From Chloroflexota bacterium (GTDB taxonomy: Bacteria > Chloroflexota > Limnocylindria > P2-11E), in assembly GCA_028876375.1 (NCBI GenBank), contig JAGWSB010000003.1, forward strand, positions 1 through 58,651: DNA of 58,651 nt, read 5' to 3'. A model generated the notes under the pieces. That model had not been told where the DNA came from, did not search any database, and was given only the letters and a program-made list of their open reading frames with translations. Shown piece by piece: positions 25,559 through 34,871 of this stretch (positions within the stretch are counted from its first letter, which is position 1; every line of letters begins with the position of its first letter). A program made the position numbers and the translations under genes.

Positions 25559-26529
25559 TCGACCTCCGCGAACGGCTCCGCCGTCACACGCGGCTCGCCG
25601 AGCGATGCGAGGTAGCGGGAGAGGTCCGGCGCGAGCGGCGCGGTGAAGGTCCGCTCGCCCGCGTGAGGCAGACGCACGGTCAGCCGCCAGGCGTGGAGGA
25701 ACTGCCTGCCGAGCTCGCTCCTGTCGCCGCGCCGTCCGTACACGGGGTCGCCCACGATAGGCGTTCTCGCGAACGCGAGGTGCGCGCGGATCTGGTGCGT
25801 GCGCCCGGTGAGCGGCTGGGCGAGGAGGAGCGCCTGCCGCGAGGCACCGTCGCCGTACGCCGCGATGCGCCGGAAGCGCGTGACGGCGTCCCGCCCGACC
25901 GCGCGCACGACCATGCGCCGGCGATCGCTCGCGTCGCGCGTGACCGGCGCCTCGACCACGGCGGGCTCCGCGCCGGGATCGCCCCACACGAGCGCGAGGT
26001 ACTCCTTGCGCACCGTGCGCCCCTGCAGCTGCCGCGCGAGCGCGAGCTGCGCGACGTCGTTCTTCGCGACGATCATGACCCCGCTGGTGTCCTTGTCGAG
26101 GCGGTGGACGATGCCCGGCCGCGCGGCGGTGCGACCCGTCTCCGCCGCGATCCGCCCGACGAGCGCGTTCACGAGCGTGCCGCTCGAGTGGCCGAACGCG
26201 GGGTGCACGACGAGGCCGGCGGGCTTGTTGACGACGATCACGTCCTGGTCCTCGTAGAGGACGTCGACGGGGATGTCCTCGGCCTCGAGCGAGAGCGGCG
26301 GCGCCTCCGCGGGGACGTCGACGACGATCTCGTCGCCACGGTGAACGCGATGGCCGGCCTCGACCGCGCGCCCGCCGATGCGCACGTGTCCGTCCTTCGC
26401 GAGGCGCGCGATCGCGCTCCGCGAGAGCTGACTGTGCTCGGCGACGTAGCGGTCGACGCGCATCGCGGCCGCATCGGCCGCGCGCAGGACTAGGTGCTTG
26501 ACCTCGTCGCCCGTCTCTCCTCCATCCAC
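25555..26529 (-). CDS. rluD: RluA/RluD-family pseudouridine synthase with S4 domain
   Basis: RVDRYV, VVNKPAGLVVHP, GIVHRLDKDTSG, TGRTHQIR, GDPVYG; start 26529 or 26463. Confidence 0.9.
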   Translation of the reverse strand: MDGGETGDEVKHLVLRAADAAAMRVDRYVAEHSQLSRSAIARLAKDGHVRIGGRAVEAGHRVHRGDEIVVDVPAEAPPLSLEAEDIPVDVLYEDQDVIVVNKPAGLVVHPAFGHSSGTLVNALVGRIAAETGRTAARPGIVHRLDKDTSGVMIVAKNDVAQLALARQLQGRTVRKEYLALVWGDPGAEPAVVEAPVTRDASDRRRMVVRAVGRDAVTRFRRIAAYGDGASRQALLLAQPLTGRTHQIRAHLAFARTPIVGDPVYGRRGDRSELGRQFLHAWRLTVRLPHAGERTFTAPLAPDLSRYLASLGEPRVTAEPFAEVE

Positions 26530-26981
26530 AGCAGGAACGTGACGATGATGATCCCGACGACGATCGACGAGTCGGCGACGTTGAACGCCCAGAAGCGCCA
26601 GCCGTCGGGGATGCCGACGTCGACGAAGTCGGTCACGTAGCCCTGCCCGACGCGGTCGACGAGGTTCCCCGCCGCGCCGCCGAGCTGCATCCCGAGGGTG
26701 AAGGCGATGGGCGCCGAGCGCGCCGCCAGGTCGCGGTAGTAGTAGAGGATGACGAGCACCGCGACGACGGACAGGAGCGAGAGGAGCGACGTTCGCTCCG
26801 GCAGCAGTCCGAAGGCCGCGCCCGTGTTGCGCACGTTCGCGACGCGCGCCCATCCGTCGGCCACTTCGCGCGCCTCGCCCAGCGGGATGTTCGCGACCAC
26901 CCAGCTCTTGGTGAAGCGATCGAGGCCGAACGTCACGACGGCCAGCGCCCCGATGAGGACGACGCGGCGCGGAGGGAGCAC
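26490..26981 (-). CDS. lspA: Lipoprotein signal peptidase II
   Basis: DRFTK, NTGAAFG, GGAAGNLVDR, VTDF, AFNVADSSI. Confidence 0.94.
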   Translation of the reverse strand: MLPPRRVVLIGALAVVTFGLDRFTKSWVVANIPLGEAREVADGWARVANVRNTGAAFGLLPERTSLLSLLSVVAVLVILYYYRDLAARSAPIAFTLGMQLGGAAGNLVDRVGQGYVTDFVDVGIPDGWRFWAFNVADSSIVVGIIIVTFLLWMEERRATRSST

Positions 26982-27017
26982 GGCGGCGATGGTAGAGGGG
27001 CGACGGAGGCGAGGTAC

Positions 27018-27770
27018 TCAGGCGGTGACCATGCCTCCGTCGATGACGAGCACCTGTCCGGTGATGTAGCTCGCCTCGTCCGACGCGAGGAAGGCGATCG
27101 CGTTGGCCACGTCCTCGACCGTGCCGAACCGCCCGAGCGGGATCTGCGGCAGGATCGTGTCCTTCATCTTGTCCAGCAGCTCGTTGGTGAGATCGGTCGG
27201 GACGAACCCGGGCGCGACGGCGTTGCACGTCACGTTGCGGCTCGCCATCTCGCGCGCGACGGTCTTGGTGAAGCCGATGAGCCCGGCCTTCGCCGCCGCG
27301 TAGTTCGCCTGGCCCGCGTTGCCCGCGACGCCGGCGACGGACGATACGTTCACGATCCGCCCGTAGCGCTGCTTCATCATCGGCCGCATCGCCGCGCGCG
27401 TGACGAGGAACGCGCCGCGCAGGTCGAGGTCGAGGACCGCGTCCCACGCCTCGGAGGTCATCCGGACGAGCAGGTCGTCGCGCGTGATGCCGGCGTTGTT
27501 GACGAGGATGTCGATGCGTCCGCCGCCGAAGGCGAGAGCCTCCTTCACCACGCGGGCGACGTCGGCCTCGACGGAGACGTCGCCCTGGACGATCGCCGCG
27601 CTCCCGCCGGCCTTCTCGACCAGCGTCTTCGCCTCCTCCGCCGCGGCGGCGTTGCCCCTGTAGTTGATGGCGACCTTCGCGCCGCCGGAGGCGAGCCGCA
27701 GCGCCGTCGCGCGGCCGATACCGCGGGCTCCGCCGGTGACGAGCGCGACCTTGCCGTCGAAGGAGGCCAC
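27018..27770 (-). CDS. fabG: 3-oxoacyl-ACP reductase FabG
   Basis: ALVTGGARGIG, LVNNAGITRD, GQANYAAAKAG, NAVAPGFV. Confidence 0.95.
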   Translation of the reverse strand: MASFDGKVALVTGGARGIGRATALRLASGGAKVAINYRGNAAAAEEAKTLVEKAGGSAAIVQGDVSVEADVARVVKEALAFGGGRIDILVNNAGITRDDLLVRMTSEAWDAVLDLDLRGAFLVTRAAMRPMMKQRYGRIVNVSSVAGVAGNAGQANYAAAKAGLIGFTKTVAREMASRNVTCNAVAPGFVPTDLTNELLDKMKDTILPQIPLGRFGTVEDVANAIAFLASDEASYITGQVLVIDGGMVTA

Positions 27771-27790
27771 GGCGCCGAGCCTAGCGGCGC

Positions 27791-29023
27791 CTACGCCGCG
27801 GTGAGGATGAGCGACGCGTTGTGGCCTCCGAACCCCATCGAGTTCGAAAGGGCCGTCTTCACCTTCGTCGCGCGCGCGGTGTTGGGGACGTAGTCGAGGT
27901 CGAGCTCCGGGTCGGGCGTCGTGTAGTTGATCGTCGGCGGCACGCATCCCGTCCCGATGGCCATCACCGACGCGATCGCCTCGAGCGCCCCCGCGGCGCC
28001 GAGGAGGTGGCCGGTCATCGACTTCGTCGACGAGATCATGAGCTTGCGGGCGTGATCGCCGAAGACCTGCTTGATGGCCGCCGTCTCCTCGCGGTCGTTC
28101 GGCTGCGTCGAGGTGCCGTGCGCGTTGATGTAGTCGACGGCGCTCGGCTCGATCCTCGCCTCCGTGAGCGCCATCTTCATCGCGCGCGCGTTGCCCTCGC
28201 CCTCGGGCGACGGCGAGGTGATGTGATACGCGTCGGCCGTCGCGCCGTAGCCGATGATCTCGGCGTAGATCCGCGCGCCGCGCGCGAGAGCGTGGTCGCG
28301 GTCCTCGAGGACGAGCGCCGCGGACCCCTCGCTGAGGACGAACCCGTCGCGGTCCTTGTCGAACGGGCGCGACGCGCGCGCGGGGTCGTCGTTCCGGCGG
28401 CTCATCGCGTGCATGTTCGAGAAGGCGCCGATGGCGAGCGGGATGACCGCCGCCTCCGCGCCGCCGGCGACCATGACCTCCGCCATGCCGCGCTTGATCA
28501 TCTCCGCGCTCTCGCCGAGCGCGTGCGCGCTCGAGGCGCACGCCGACACGTGGGTGAGGTTCGGCCCGCGCAGCCCGAACTGCATCGAGACCTGCGCCGA
28601 TGCGGCGTTGGCCATGAGCATGGGCACGAGGAACGGCGACAGCCGCCCCGGCCCGCGCTTCTCCATGACCAGGACCTGCTCGATGAGGGTCTCGAGGCCG
28701 CCGACGCCGGTCGCGATCGCGACCCCGATGCGCTCGCGCTCCTTCGCGATGTCGAGCTTGGCGTCCTCGATCGCCTGCTTCGCCGATCCGGTCGCGAGCT
28801 GCGTGAAGCGATCCGTCCGCCGCACGTCCTTGCGGTCCATCGCGACGAGCGGGTCGTAGTCCTTCACCTCGCCGGCGATCTGCGTCTCGTACGGCGCGGG
28901 GTCGAACCGCGTGATGCGGCCGATGCCGCTGCGCCCGGAGCTGAGCCCGTCCCACGTGGAGGCGAGGTCGTTGCCCAGCGGGGTGACGCATCCCATGCCG
29001 GTGATGACGACGCGGCGCGTCAC
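27791..29023 (-). CDS. fabF: 3-oxoacyl-ACP synthase II FabF
   Basis: RRVVITGMG, SACASS, YINAHGTST, SSTKSMTGHLLGAAG, NSMGFGGHN. Confidence 0.96.
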   Translation of the reverse strand: MTRRVVITGMGCVTPLGNDLASTWDGLSSGRSGIGRITRFDPAPYETQIAGEVKDYDPLVAMDRKDVRRTDRFTQLATGSAKQAIEDAKLDIAKERERIGVAIATGVGGLETLIEQVLVMEKRGPGRLSPFLVPMLMANAASAQVSMQFGLRGPNLTHVSACASSAHALGESAEMIKRGMAEVMVAGGAEAAVIPLAIGAFSNMHAMSRRNDDPARASRPFDKDRDGFVLSEGSAALVLEDRDHALARGARIYAEIIGYGATADAYHITSPSPEGEGNARAMKMALTEARIEPSAVDYINAHGTSTQPNDREETAAIKQVFGDHARKLMISSTKSMTGHLLGAAGALEAIASVMAIGTGCVPPTINYTTPDPELDLDYVPNTARATKVKTALSNSMGFGGHNASLILTAA

Positions 29024-30024
29024 TACGAGGCTCCTCTCAGCTTGGCGACGAGGTCCGCGATCGACGGCGGGTCGGAAACGGCGAGCGTGCGCGCGTCGAC
29101 GATGCGCTTCACCAGGCCGCTCACGACCTGCCCCGCGCCGATCTCGACGAACGTCGACGCCCCGCCTTCGCGCATGAACTTCACCGAGCGCAGCCATTCG
29201 ACCCGCTGCGCGAGGTGACGTACGAGCGCGTCCGGGATGGTCTCCGCGCTCGCGTGCGGCAGGCCGTTGATGTTCGCGACGACCGGGACGACCGGCTCGC
29301 GGAAGCGGAGGCCGTCCATGAACTGGCGCAGCTCGCCGCCGATGCGGCCCATCGGCGGGAAGTGGAAGGGCCCGCTGATGCGCAGCGGGACGATCCTCTT
29401 CGCGCCTCGCCGCCGCAGCGCCTCCATGACGCCCTCGACGCTGTCGGCGTCGCCCGCGATCGTCACCTGCGCCGGACCGTTGTCGTTCGCGACGACCGTG
29501 CGTCCGTCGGGCGCGACCTCGCGGATGACCTCCTCGACCTCCGTCGCGGACAGGCCGACGATCGCGGCCATCGCCCCCCTGGCGCCCTTCGTCGCGGCGA
29601 GCCGCCCGCGCTCCGCGACGAGGCGAAGCGCGTCCGCGAACGTGAGCACGCCCGCGGCCACGAGCGCGGTGAACTCCCCGAGCGAATGGCCGGCGACGAA
29701 CGACGGCCGGAGGTCGGCCGGCAGCGCGGCGACGCCGCGCGGGTCGAGGCCCTCGGTGATGCGGCGCCCGAGCGCCGCCGTGCGCTCCGCGAGCGCTTCG
29801 AGGACGGCGACGCTCGTCGTGAGGATCGCCGGCTGCGCGGTGGCGGTGTCGTCGAGCCGCTCGGCGGGTCCCGCGAAGCACACCTCCGACAGCGGGTAGC
29901 CGAGGACGTCGTTCGCCTCTTCGAAGGTGCGCCGCGCGTTGGGCGAGGACTCGTACACGGCGCGGCCCATGCCGACCTTCTGCGAGCCCTGCCCGGGGAA
30001 CACGAACGCGAGCGGCTGCGTCAC
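29023..30024 (-). CDS. fabD: Malonyl-CoA:ACP transacylase FabD
   Basis: AFVFPGQGSQ, QPAIL, AGHSLGEF, SGPFH, FVEIGAG; about 15-aa insert before GHSLG. Confidence 0.94.
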   Translation of the reverse strand: MTQPLAFVFPGQGSQKVGMGRAVYESSPNARRTFEEANDVLGYPLSEVCFAGPAERLDDTATAQPAILTTSVAVLEALAERTAALGRRITEGLDPRGVAALPADLRPSFVAGHSLGEFTALVAAGVLTFADALRLVAERGRLAATKGARGAMAAIVGLSATEVEEVIREVAPDGRTVVANDNGPAQVTIAGDADSVEGVMEALRRRGAKRIVPLRISGPFHFPPMGRIGGELRQFMDGLRFREPVVPVVANINGLPHASAETIPDALVRHLAQRVEWLRSVKFMREGGASTFVEIGAGQVVSGLVKRIVDARTLAVSDPPSIADLVAKLRGAS

Positions 30025-30060
30025 GGAAGACCGAGCGTAGCATCGGCGAGCGAGCTGGCG

Positions 30061-30077
30061 CTGCACAGGCTGTGCAG
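30061..30077. promoter_or_regulatory. Perfect palindrome CTGCACAG-G-CTGTGCAG, candidate TetR operator between fabD and tetR
   Basis: 8-bp arms in the 66-bp divergent intergenic region. Confidence 0.6.
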
Positions 30078-30090
30078 TGAAAATAGACGC

Positions 30091-30684
30091 GTGCGCACCT
30101 ACGTCCAGCGTCTCCGCGCCGAGCGCGCCGACCGCACCGCCGCGGCGATCGAACGCGCCGCGCTGCGCGAGCTGCGCCTGCGCGGATACGCCGCGCTCCG
30201 TCTCGCGGACGTCGCGCGTCGCGCGGGCGTCGCGCTGCGCACCGTGTATCTCCATTCGCGGACGAAGGACGTGCTCGTCACCGCGGCGCTGCGCCATCGC
30301 GCCGCGTCGCTGGCCCGCCGCGTCGAGCGCTGGCGGCCCCCGGAGGCGTCGGGCGCGGCGATCCTCGACGACATCGTCGCGCTGCACGAGCGGACGTACC
30401 GCGCCGAGCGGCAGCTCCTCGAGATCCTCGTCGGCGGCGGCGCGCCGCGCGGCCCCGAGGTCCTGCGGTCGCTCGACCGCGTGCGTCTCGGGCTCATCGA
30501 GCGCGCCGTCGCGTCGCTGGCGCGGCTCGACGCGCTACGCGTGCGCCCGGAAGACGCCATCGCGCTCGCGCACGCGATGCTCGCCTACCCCACCTGGCGC
30601 TCCGCGCTCATCGGCCCGGCCCATCGCCGCGCGCCGCGGCTCATCGCCGAGGCGCTGCGGACGTCGCTGCTCGTCGAGCCTTAG
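30091..30684 (+). CDS. TetR/AcrR family transcriptional regulator
   Basis: RTAAAIERAALREL...GYAALRLADVARRAGVALRTVYLH; divergent from the fab operon. Confidence 0.88.
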   Translation: MRTYVQRLRAERADRTAAAIERAALRELRLRGYAALRLADVARRAGVALRTVYLHSRTKDVLVTAALRHRAASLARRVERWRPPEASGAAILDDIVALHERTYRAERQLLEILVGGGAPRGPEVLRSLDRVRLGLIERAVASLARLDALRVRPEDAIALAHAMLAYPTWRSALIGPAHRRAPRLIAEALRTSLLVEP

Positions 30685-31121
30685 TCGAAGCGCCACCGCC
30701 ACGCGACGCGGGCGACGATCGCCGCGACGATGGCCGCGGCGAGGGGGACGCTGCGGTCGGCGACGACCCCGACGCCGACGCTGCCGACGAGGAAGGCGCT
30801 CACGCCGACGTACAGCGTGATCACCGCGGCGAGGAGCCAGACGGTGACGTACGAGCGGCGGATCCGCGAGAGCCGCTCGCGCGGATCGAGCAGGAACGGC
30901 GCGATGACGAGCAGGTGGGTGAGCCAGACGGGGACCGCGACGAGCAGGAGCACGATCGCGACCCACAGCGTCGCGCTCACCTCGGCCTCCGTGGGCACGC
31001 TGAGGCCGAGCCCGACCGCCTGCGCCATCCGGCTGAGGACCGCCGTGCTGGCGACCGCCACCGCGAGGCCGCAGAGCGTGAGGACGGTGTAGAGGTAGCA
31101 CCGCCGGTAGGCGCCGCCCAC
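30681..31121 (-). CDS. Four-TM membrane protein (DUF5671-like)
   Basis: YRRCYLYTVLTLCGL and a second RRSYVTVWL repeat; four hydrophobic segments. Confidence 0.6.
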   Translation of the reverse strand: MGGAYRRCYLYTVLTLCGLAVAVASTAVLSRMAQAVGLGLSVPTEAEVSATLWVAIVLLLVAVPVWLTHLLVIAPFLLDPRERLSRIRRSYVTVWLLAAVITLYVGVSAFLVGSVGVGVVADRSVPLAAAIVAAIVARVAWRWRFD

Positions 31122-31171
31122 GCTCCGACCCTACGTCGCCGTTCGGACGCTCCGCACCTGTCGTCCGGCCT

Positions 31172-34100
31172 CTAGGACGCCTTCTCGATCTCCAGCTCGG
31201 TCGCGACGCCGTTCAGGTCGCCGCTCCAGCGGTGGCCCTTCCCGCTCACGCCCGGCGTGAGCGCCGTCGCGAGCGTCTCGCTCGCGAGCAGGTCGCGGTG
31301 GCGCTCCAGCACGCTCGCGATGGCCCCGCCGTAGCGCAGGGTGATGCGGTCGCTGATCTCGAGACCGGCCTCCTTGCGCATCTCGTTGACGCGGCGGACG
31401 AGCTCGCGCGCGAGCCCTTCGGCCTCGAGCTCGGGCGTGATGCGCGTGTCGAGGGCGACGACGAGGCCGGAGTCGCGCCCGACGGCGTGGCCCGGCGCGC
31501 CCTCGTGCGACACGAGCACTTCGCTCGCGGCGAGCGTGTGCCCCTCGACGACGTACGAGCCGTCGCGCCGCTCGTAGCGCCCTTCGGCGAGAGCGGCGCG
31601 CACTTTCGGCAGCTCCTTGCCGAGCTTGGGCCCGAGAGCCTTCAGCTCCGGCTTCACGATCTCCTTCACCAGGCCGGCGGCGTCGTCGCGCACCTCGAAG
31701 GCCTTGACGTTGAGCTCGTCGCGGACGATCTCGGCGAGCTCGTCGCGGCCGTCGAGGAGGCCGCGCTCGTGGTCCGTCGGGTCGAACACGGCGACGAGGC
31801 GCGCCAGCGGCATGCGCGTCTTCACGCTCGCCGACTGTCGCGCGGCATGTCCGAGCGTGACGACGCGGCGCACGGCGTCCATGCGGCGCTCGAGCTCGTC
31901 GTCGATGAGGGTGACGTCAGCCTCCGGGTACGCGGTGTGGTGAACGGAGGCCTCGGCGTCCGGGACGACGCGCCGGACCAGCCGCTGGTAGAGCGCCTCG
32001 GCGAAGAACGGCATGGCCGGGGCGACGAGGCGCGCGCTCGTGACCAGCGCTTCGTAGAGGGTCTGCTCCGCGGCGAGGGTGCTCTTCGTGTCGCGCGTGC
32101 CCCAGAAGCGCGGGCGGCTGCGGCGCACGTACCACTGCGAGAGGTCCTCGATGAACGCCTCGACGCGCAGCGTGAGCGTACGGACGTCCCACTCCTCGAG
32201 CGCCGCGCGCCCGTCGCGCACGAGCCGGTGGAGCAGCGAGAGGAGCCAGCGGTCCATCAGCGGCCGCTGCTCGACCGGGATGGGCGCCGCCGCGGGATCG
32301 AAGCCGTTGAGCTCGGCGTACGTCGCGAAGAACGAGTACGTGTTCCAGAGCACGAGCAGGCGGCGCTTGATGTCGTCGAGCGCCTTGAGGCTGAAGAGCA
32401 TCGTCTCGTCCGCGCGCTGGCGGCTGACCGTCCAGCGGATGGCGTCGGCGCCGACCTTCTCCATGACCTCCTCGAGGAGGACGACGTTCTCGCCGGTCTT
32501 GTGGAACTCGCCGCCGGACTCGTCGAGCATCGGCTCGAAGGTCTGCACGACGTCGTACGGCGCTCCGCCGGTCAACGCGACGCTGAAGAAGAGCTGCGAG
32601 TAGAACCACAGGCGGACCTGCTCGACCATCTCGACGACGTAGTCGGCCGGGAACCACTTCGTCCACTCCGGGCTGCCCTGCTGGTACCCGAGCGTGGAGA
32701 ACGGCACGACGCCGGCATCGAGCCAGCAGTCGCCGACCTCCTTCACGCGCGTGCTGTCGGCGCCGCACTGCGGGCAGCCGACGACGACGTTGTCGATCCA
32801 GGGCCGGTGCAGCTCGCGCAGCTGCTCGAGGCCGCTCTTGGCGAGCTTCCGCAGCTCGGCCTCGCTGCCGACCACGAAGAAGTGGCCGTTCGCGCAGGTG
32901 TAGAAGGGCAGCGGCAGGCCCCAGTAGCGCTTGCGGCTGATGTTCCAGTCGCTCATGTTCTCGAGCCAGTTCCGCATCCGCCGTCCGGCGTGCTCCGGCA
33001 CCCAGCGGACCGTCTCCGCCGCCGCGATCATCCGCGGTCGCAGCTCGGCCATCGAGATGAACCACTCGTCGTCGACCCGGAAGACGAGCTCCTCGTGGCA
33101 GCGCCAGCACTCCGGGTAGCGGTGCGTGTACGGCGCCGCGCGGAAGAGCAGACCGCGCCGCTTCAGGTCGTCCGCGATCTCGTGCGCGACGTCGCGCGCG
33201 TCCTTCCCCTCGAGCCAGCCGTAGCCCGAGCGGAAGCGCGCCATGTCGTCGATGGGCACCAGGACGGGGAGGTCGAACTCCTTCGACAGCCCGAAGTCCT
33301 CTTCGCCGCAGCCGGGGGCGATGTGGACGATGCCCGTCCCTTCCTCCTCGCCGACCTCGTTCCAGGGGACGACGACGTGCTTGGGCGCCGACCCCTCTGT
33401 CGCCGGGAGCTCTCCGTCGAACGGCCCGCGGAAGCGCAGCCCCACGAGGTCGCGCCCCTTGACCGTCTGGAGGACGTGGGCCCCTTCCCACTTCGTCGTC
33501 GCGTACACCTTCGCGCCGAGGACGAGCGTCTCCGTCGCGCCTCCCGGCCGCTCGTCGGTGATGCGCACGCGGACGTAGTCGAGGTCGGGGTGCACCGCGA
33601 GGGCGACGTTCGCCGGGAGCGTCCAGGGCGTCGTCGTCCACACCAGGAACGACTCCTTCTCGCGCCCCGCGATGGGGAACCGGACGTAGACGCTCGTGTG
33701 CGTCATCTCGCGGTAGCCGAGCGCGAGCTCGTGCTGCGAGATCGCGGTGCCGCACCGGGCGCACCAGGGCATCGAGCGGTGCCCCTTGTAGAGCCAGCCC
33801 TTCTCCTGGCAGAGCTTCAGCGTCTGCCAGATGTGGCTGATGTTGTCGTCGGTGTACGTGAAGTAGGAGTGGTCCCAGTCCATCCACTGGCCCAGACGCG
33901 CCGACTGGCGCGTGAAGGCCGCCGCGGAGCGATCGACCCGCGCGCGGCAGGCCTCGCTGAAGCGGTCGATGCCGTAGCGCTCGATCTCGCGCTTGTTGGC
34001 GAGCCGCAGGTCGCGCTCGACCCCGACCTCGACCCACAGGCCGTGAGTGTCGAAGCCGTTCTGGTAGCGCTGCTCGAAGCCCTCCATGGCCTTGAAGCGC

Positions 34101-34333
34101 TGGAAGACGTCCTTGTACGTCCGCGCCCAGGCGTGGTGGATGCCCATCGCCTCGGCGTTCGCGGTGATCGGTCCGTCGATGAACGAGAAGCGCGGGTGCC
34201 CGGCGTTCTTCTTCCGCAGCGTGTCGAAGCTCTTCTCGCGCCCCCACATCTCGAGCACCTCGTGCTCGAGCTCCGGCAGGTCGAACGTCGACCCCGCCGC
34301 CTCGAAGCGCGTCTTCTTTCCCGTCGCGGCCAT
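31172..34333 (-). CDS. ileS: Isoleucine-tRNA ligase, type 2
   Basis: FSFIDGPITAN, GFDTHGL, WTTTPWTLPANVAL, GTGIVHIAPGCGEED, DWNISRKRYWG, no C-terminal Zn finger; Ile-specifier T-box upstream. Confidence 0.96.
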   Translation of the reverse strand: MAATGKKTRFEAAGSTFDLPELEHEVLEMWGREKSFDTLRKKNAGHPRFSFIDGPITANAEAMGIHHAWARTYKDVFQRFKAMEGFEQRYQNGFDTHGLWVEVGVERDLRLANKREIERYGIDRFSEACRARVDRSAAAFTRQSARLGQWMDWDHSYFTYTDDNISHIWQTLKLCQEKGWLYKGHRSMPWCARCGTAISQHELALGYREMTHTSVYVRFPIAGREKESFLVWTTTPWTLPANVALAVHPDLDYVRVRITDERPGGATETLVLGAKVYATTKWEGAHVLQTVKGRDLVGLRFRGPFDGELPATEGSAPKHVVVPWNEVGEEEGTGIVHIAPGCGEEDFGLSKEFDLPVLVPIDDMARFRSGYGWLEGKDARDVAHEIADDLKRRGLLFRAAPYTHRYPECWRCHEELVFRVDDEWFISMAELRPRMIAAAETVRWVPEHAGRRMRNWLENMSDWNISRKRYWGLPLPFYTCANGHFFVVGSEAELRKLAKSGLEQLRELHRPWIDNVVVGCPQCGADSTRVKEVGDCWLDAGVVPFSTLGYQQGSPEWTKWFPADYVVEMVEQVRLWFYSQLFFSVALTGGAPYDVVQTFEPMLDESGGEFHKTGENVVLLEEVMEKVGADAIRWTVSRQRADETMLFSLKALDDIKRRLLVLWNTYSFFATYAELNGFDPAAAPIPVEQRPLMDRWLLSLLHRLVRDGRAALEEWDVRTLTLRVEAFIEDLSQWYVRRSRPRFWGTRDTKSTLAAEQTLYEALVTSARLVAPAMPFFAEALYQRLVRRVVPDAEASVHHTAYPEADVTLIDDELERRMDAVRRVVTLGHAARQSASVKTRMPLARLVAVFDPTDHERGLLDGRDELAEIVRDELNVKAFEVRDDAAGLVKEIVKPELKALGPKLGKELPKVRAALAEGRYERRDGSYVVEGHTLAASEVLVSHEGAPGHAVGRDSGLVVALDTRITPELEAEGLARELVRRVNEMRKEAGLEISDRITLRYGGAIASVLERHRDLLASETLATALTPGVSGKGHRWSGDLNGVATELEIEKAS

Positions 34334-34347
34334 CGCCTGCTCCTCCA

Positions 34348-34378
34348 AATACAAAAGCCGTCCCGCTCACGGGACGGC
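34348..34378 (-). terminator. T-box attenuator terminator
   Basis: GCCGTCCC-GTGAGC-GGGACGGC-TTTTGTATTT, followed by SD GGAGG. Confidence 0.8.
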
Positions 34379-34550
34379 TCTCACCGCGGTACCACCCGAG
34401 TTGGCGACATACGTCGCCCTCTCCTTCCGGCGCCGATCAACGCCTGCTGTTCTCTAACGGAGTGCCTCTCCGTCCGCGTCTACTGGCGCAGCCGGCCCCG
34501 GGCTGCGTTTTTCTTGCGGCGGCATCGGGGTGGATAGCCCCTCGAACGCC
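34348..34550 (-). ncRNA. T-box riboswitch (Ile, AUC specifier) with ultrashort Stem I
   Basis: Minus strand GGCGTT-CGA-GGGG-CTATCCA-CCCC-GATGCC (ATC at 34535-34533); Stem II with AAGAA and AGTA; ACGGAG-AGGCA-CTCCGTTA; T-box GGGTGGTACCGCGG at 34397-34384; -10 TACACT at 34566-34561. Confidence 0.9.
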
Positions 34551-34771
34551 TTTGTCGAAAAGTGTACGGGCTGCCCGAGACTGCACGTCCGCGCCCCGGG
34601 ATCACAGCCCAATGGGGCTCCCCGAGGAGCGTGAGGGGTAGGACGACTTTGAGGAAGGCGAGGGGGGAACCCCCTCCTCAGGCGCCTCGTCGGCCGCGGG
34701 ACACGAAAGACGACCTAGAAGACGTGGATCTACGAGCCGTCAGCGGAGGTCGGGGTCATCGCAAAGGGCAT

Positions 34772-34834
34772 GGAGGAAAGTGGCATCACAGACGGGACGA
34801 TCGTCCCGTTCCTGATGCCGATCTGAACAGTCGG
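34772..34834 (+). repeat. Copy 2 of the GGCATCA...TGATGCC palindromic element
   Basis: 47/52 identity to reverse complement of 2608-2659; perfect 18-nt palindrome 34792-34809. Confidence 0.9.
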
Positions 34835-34871
34835 ATTACGCAAAAGGGAAAACCGCCGCGATACCGACCTC

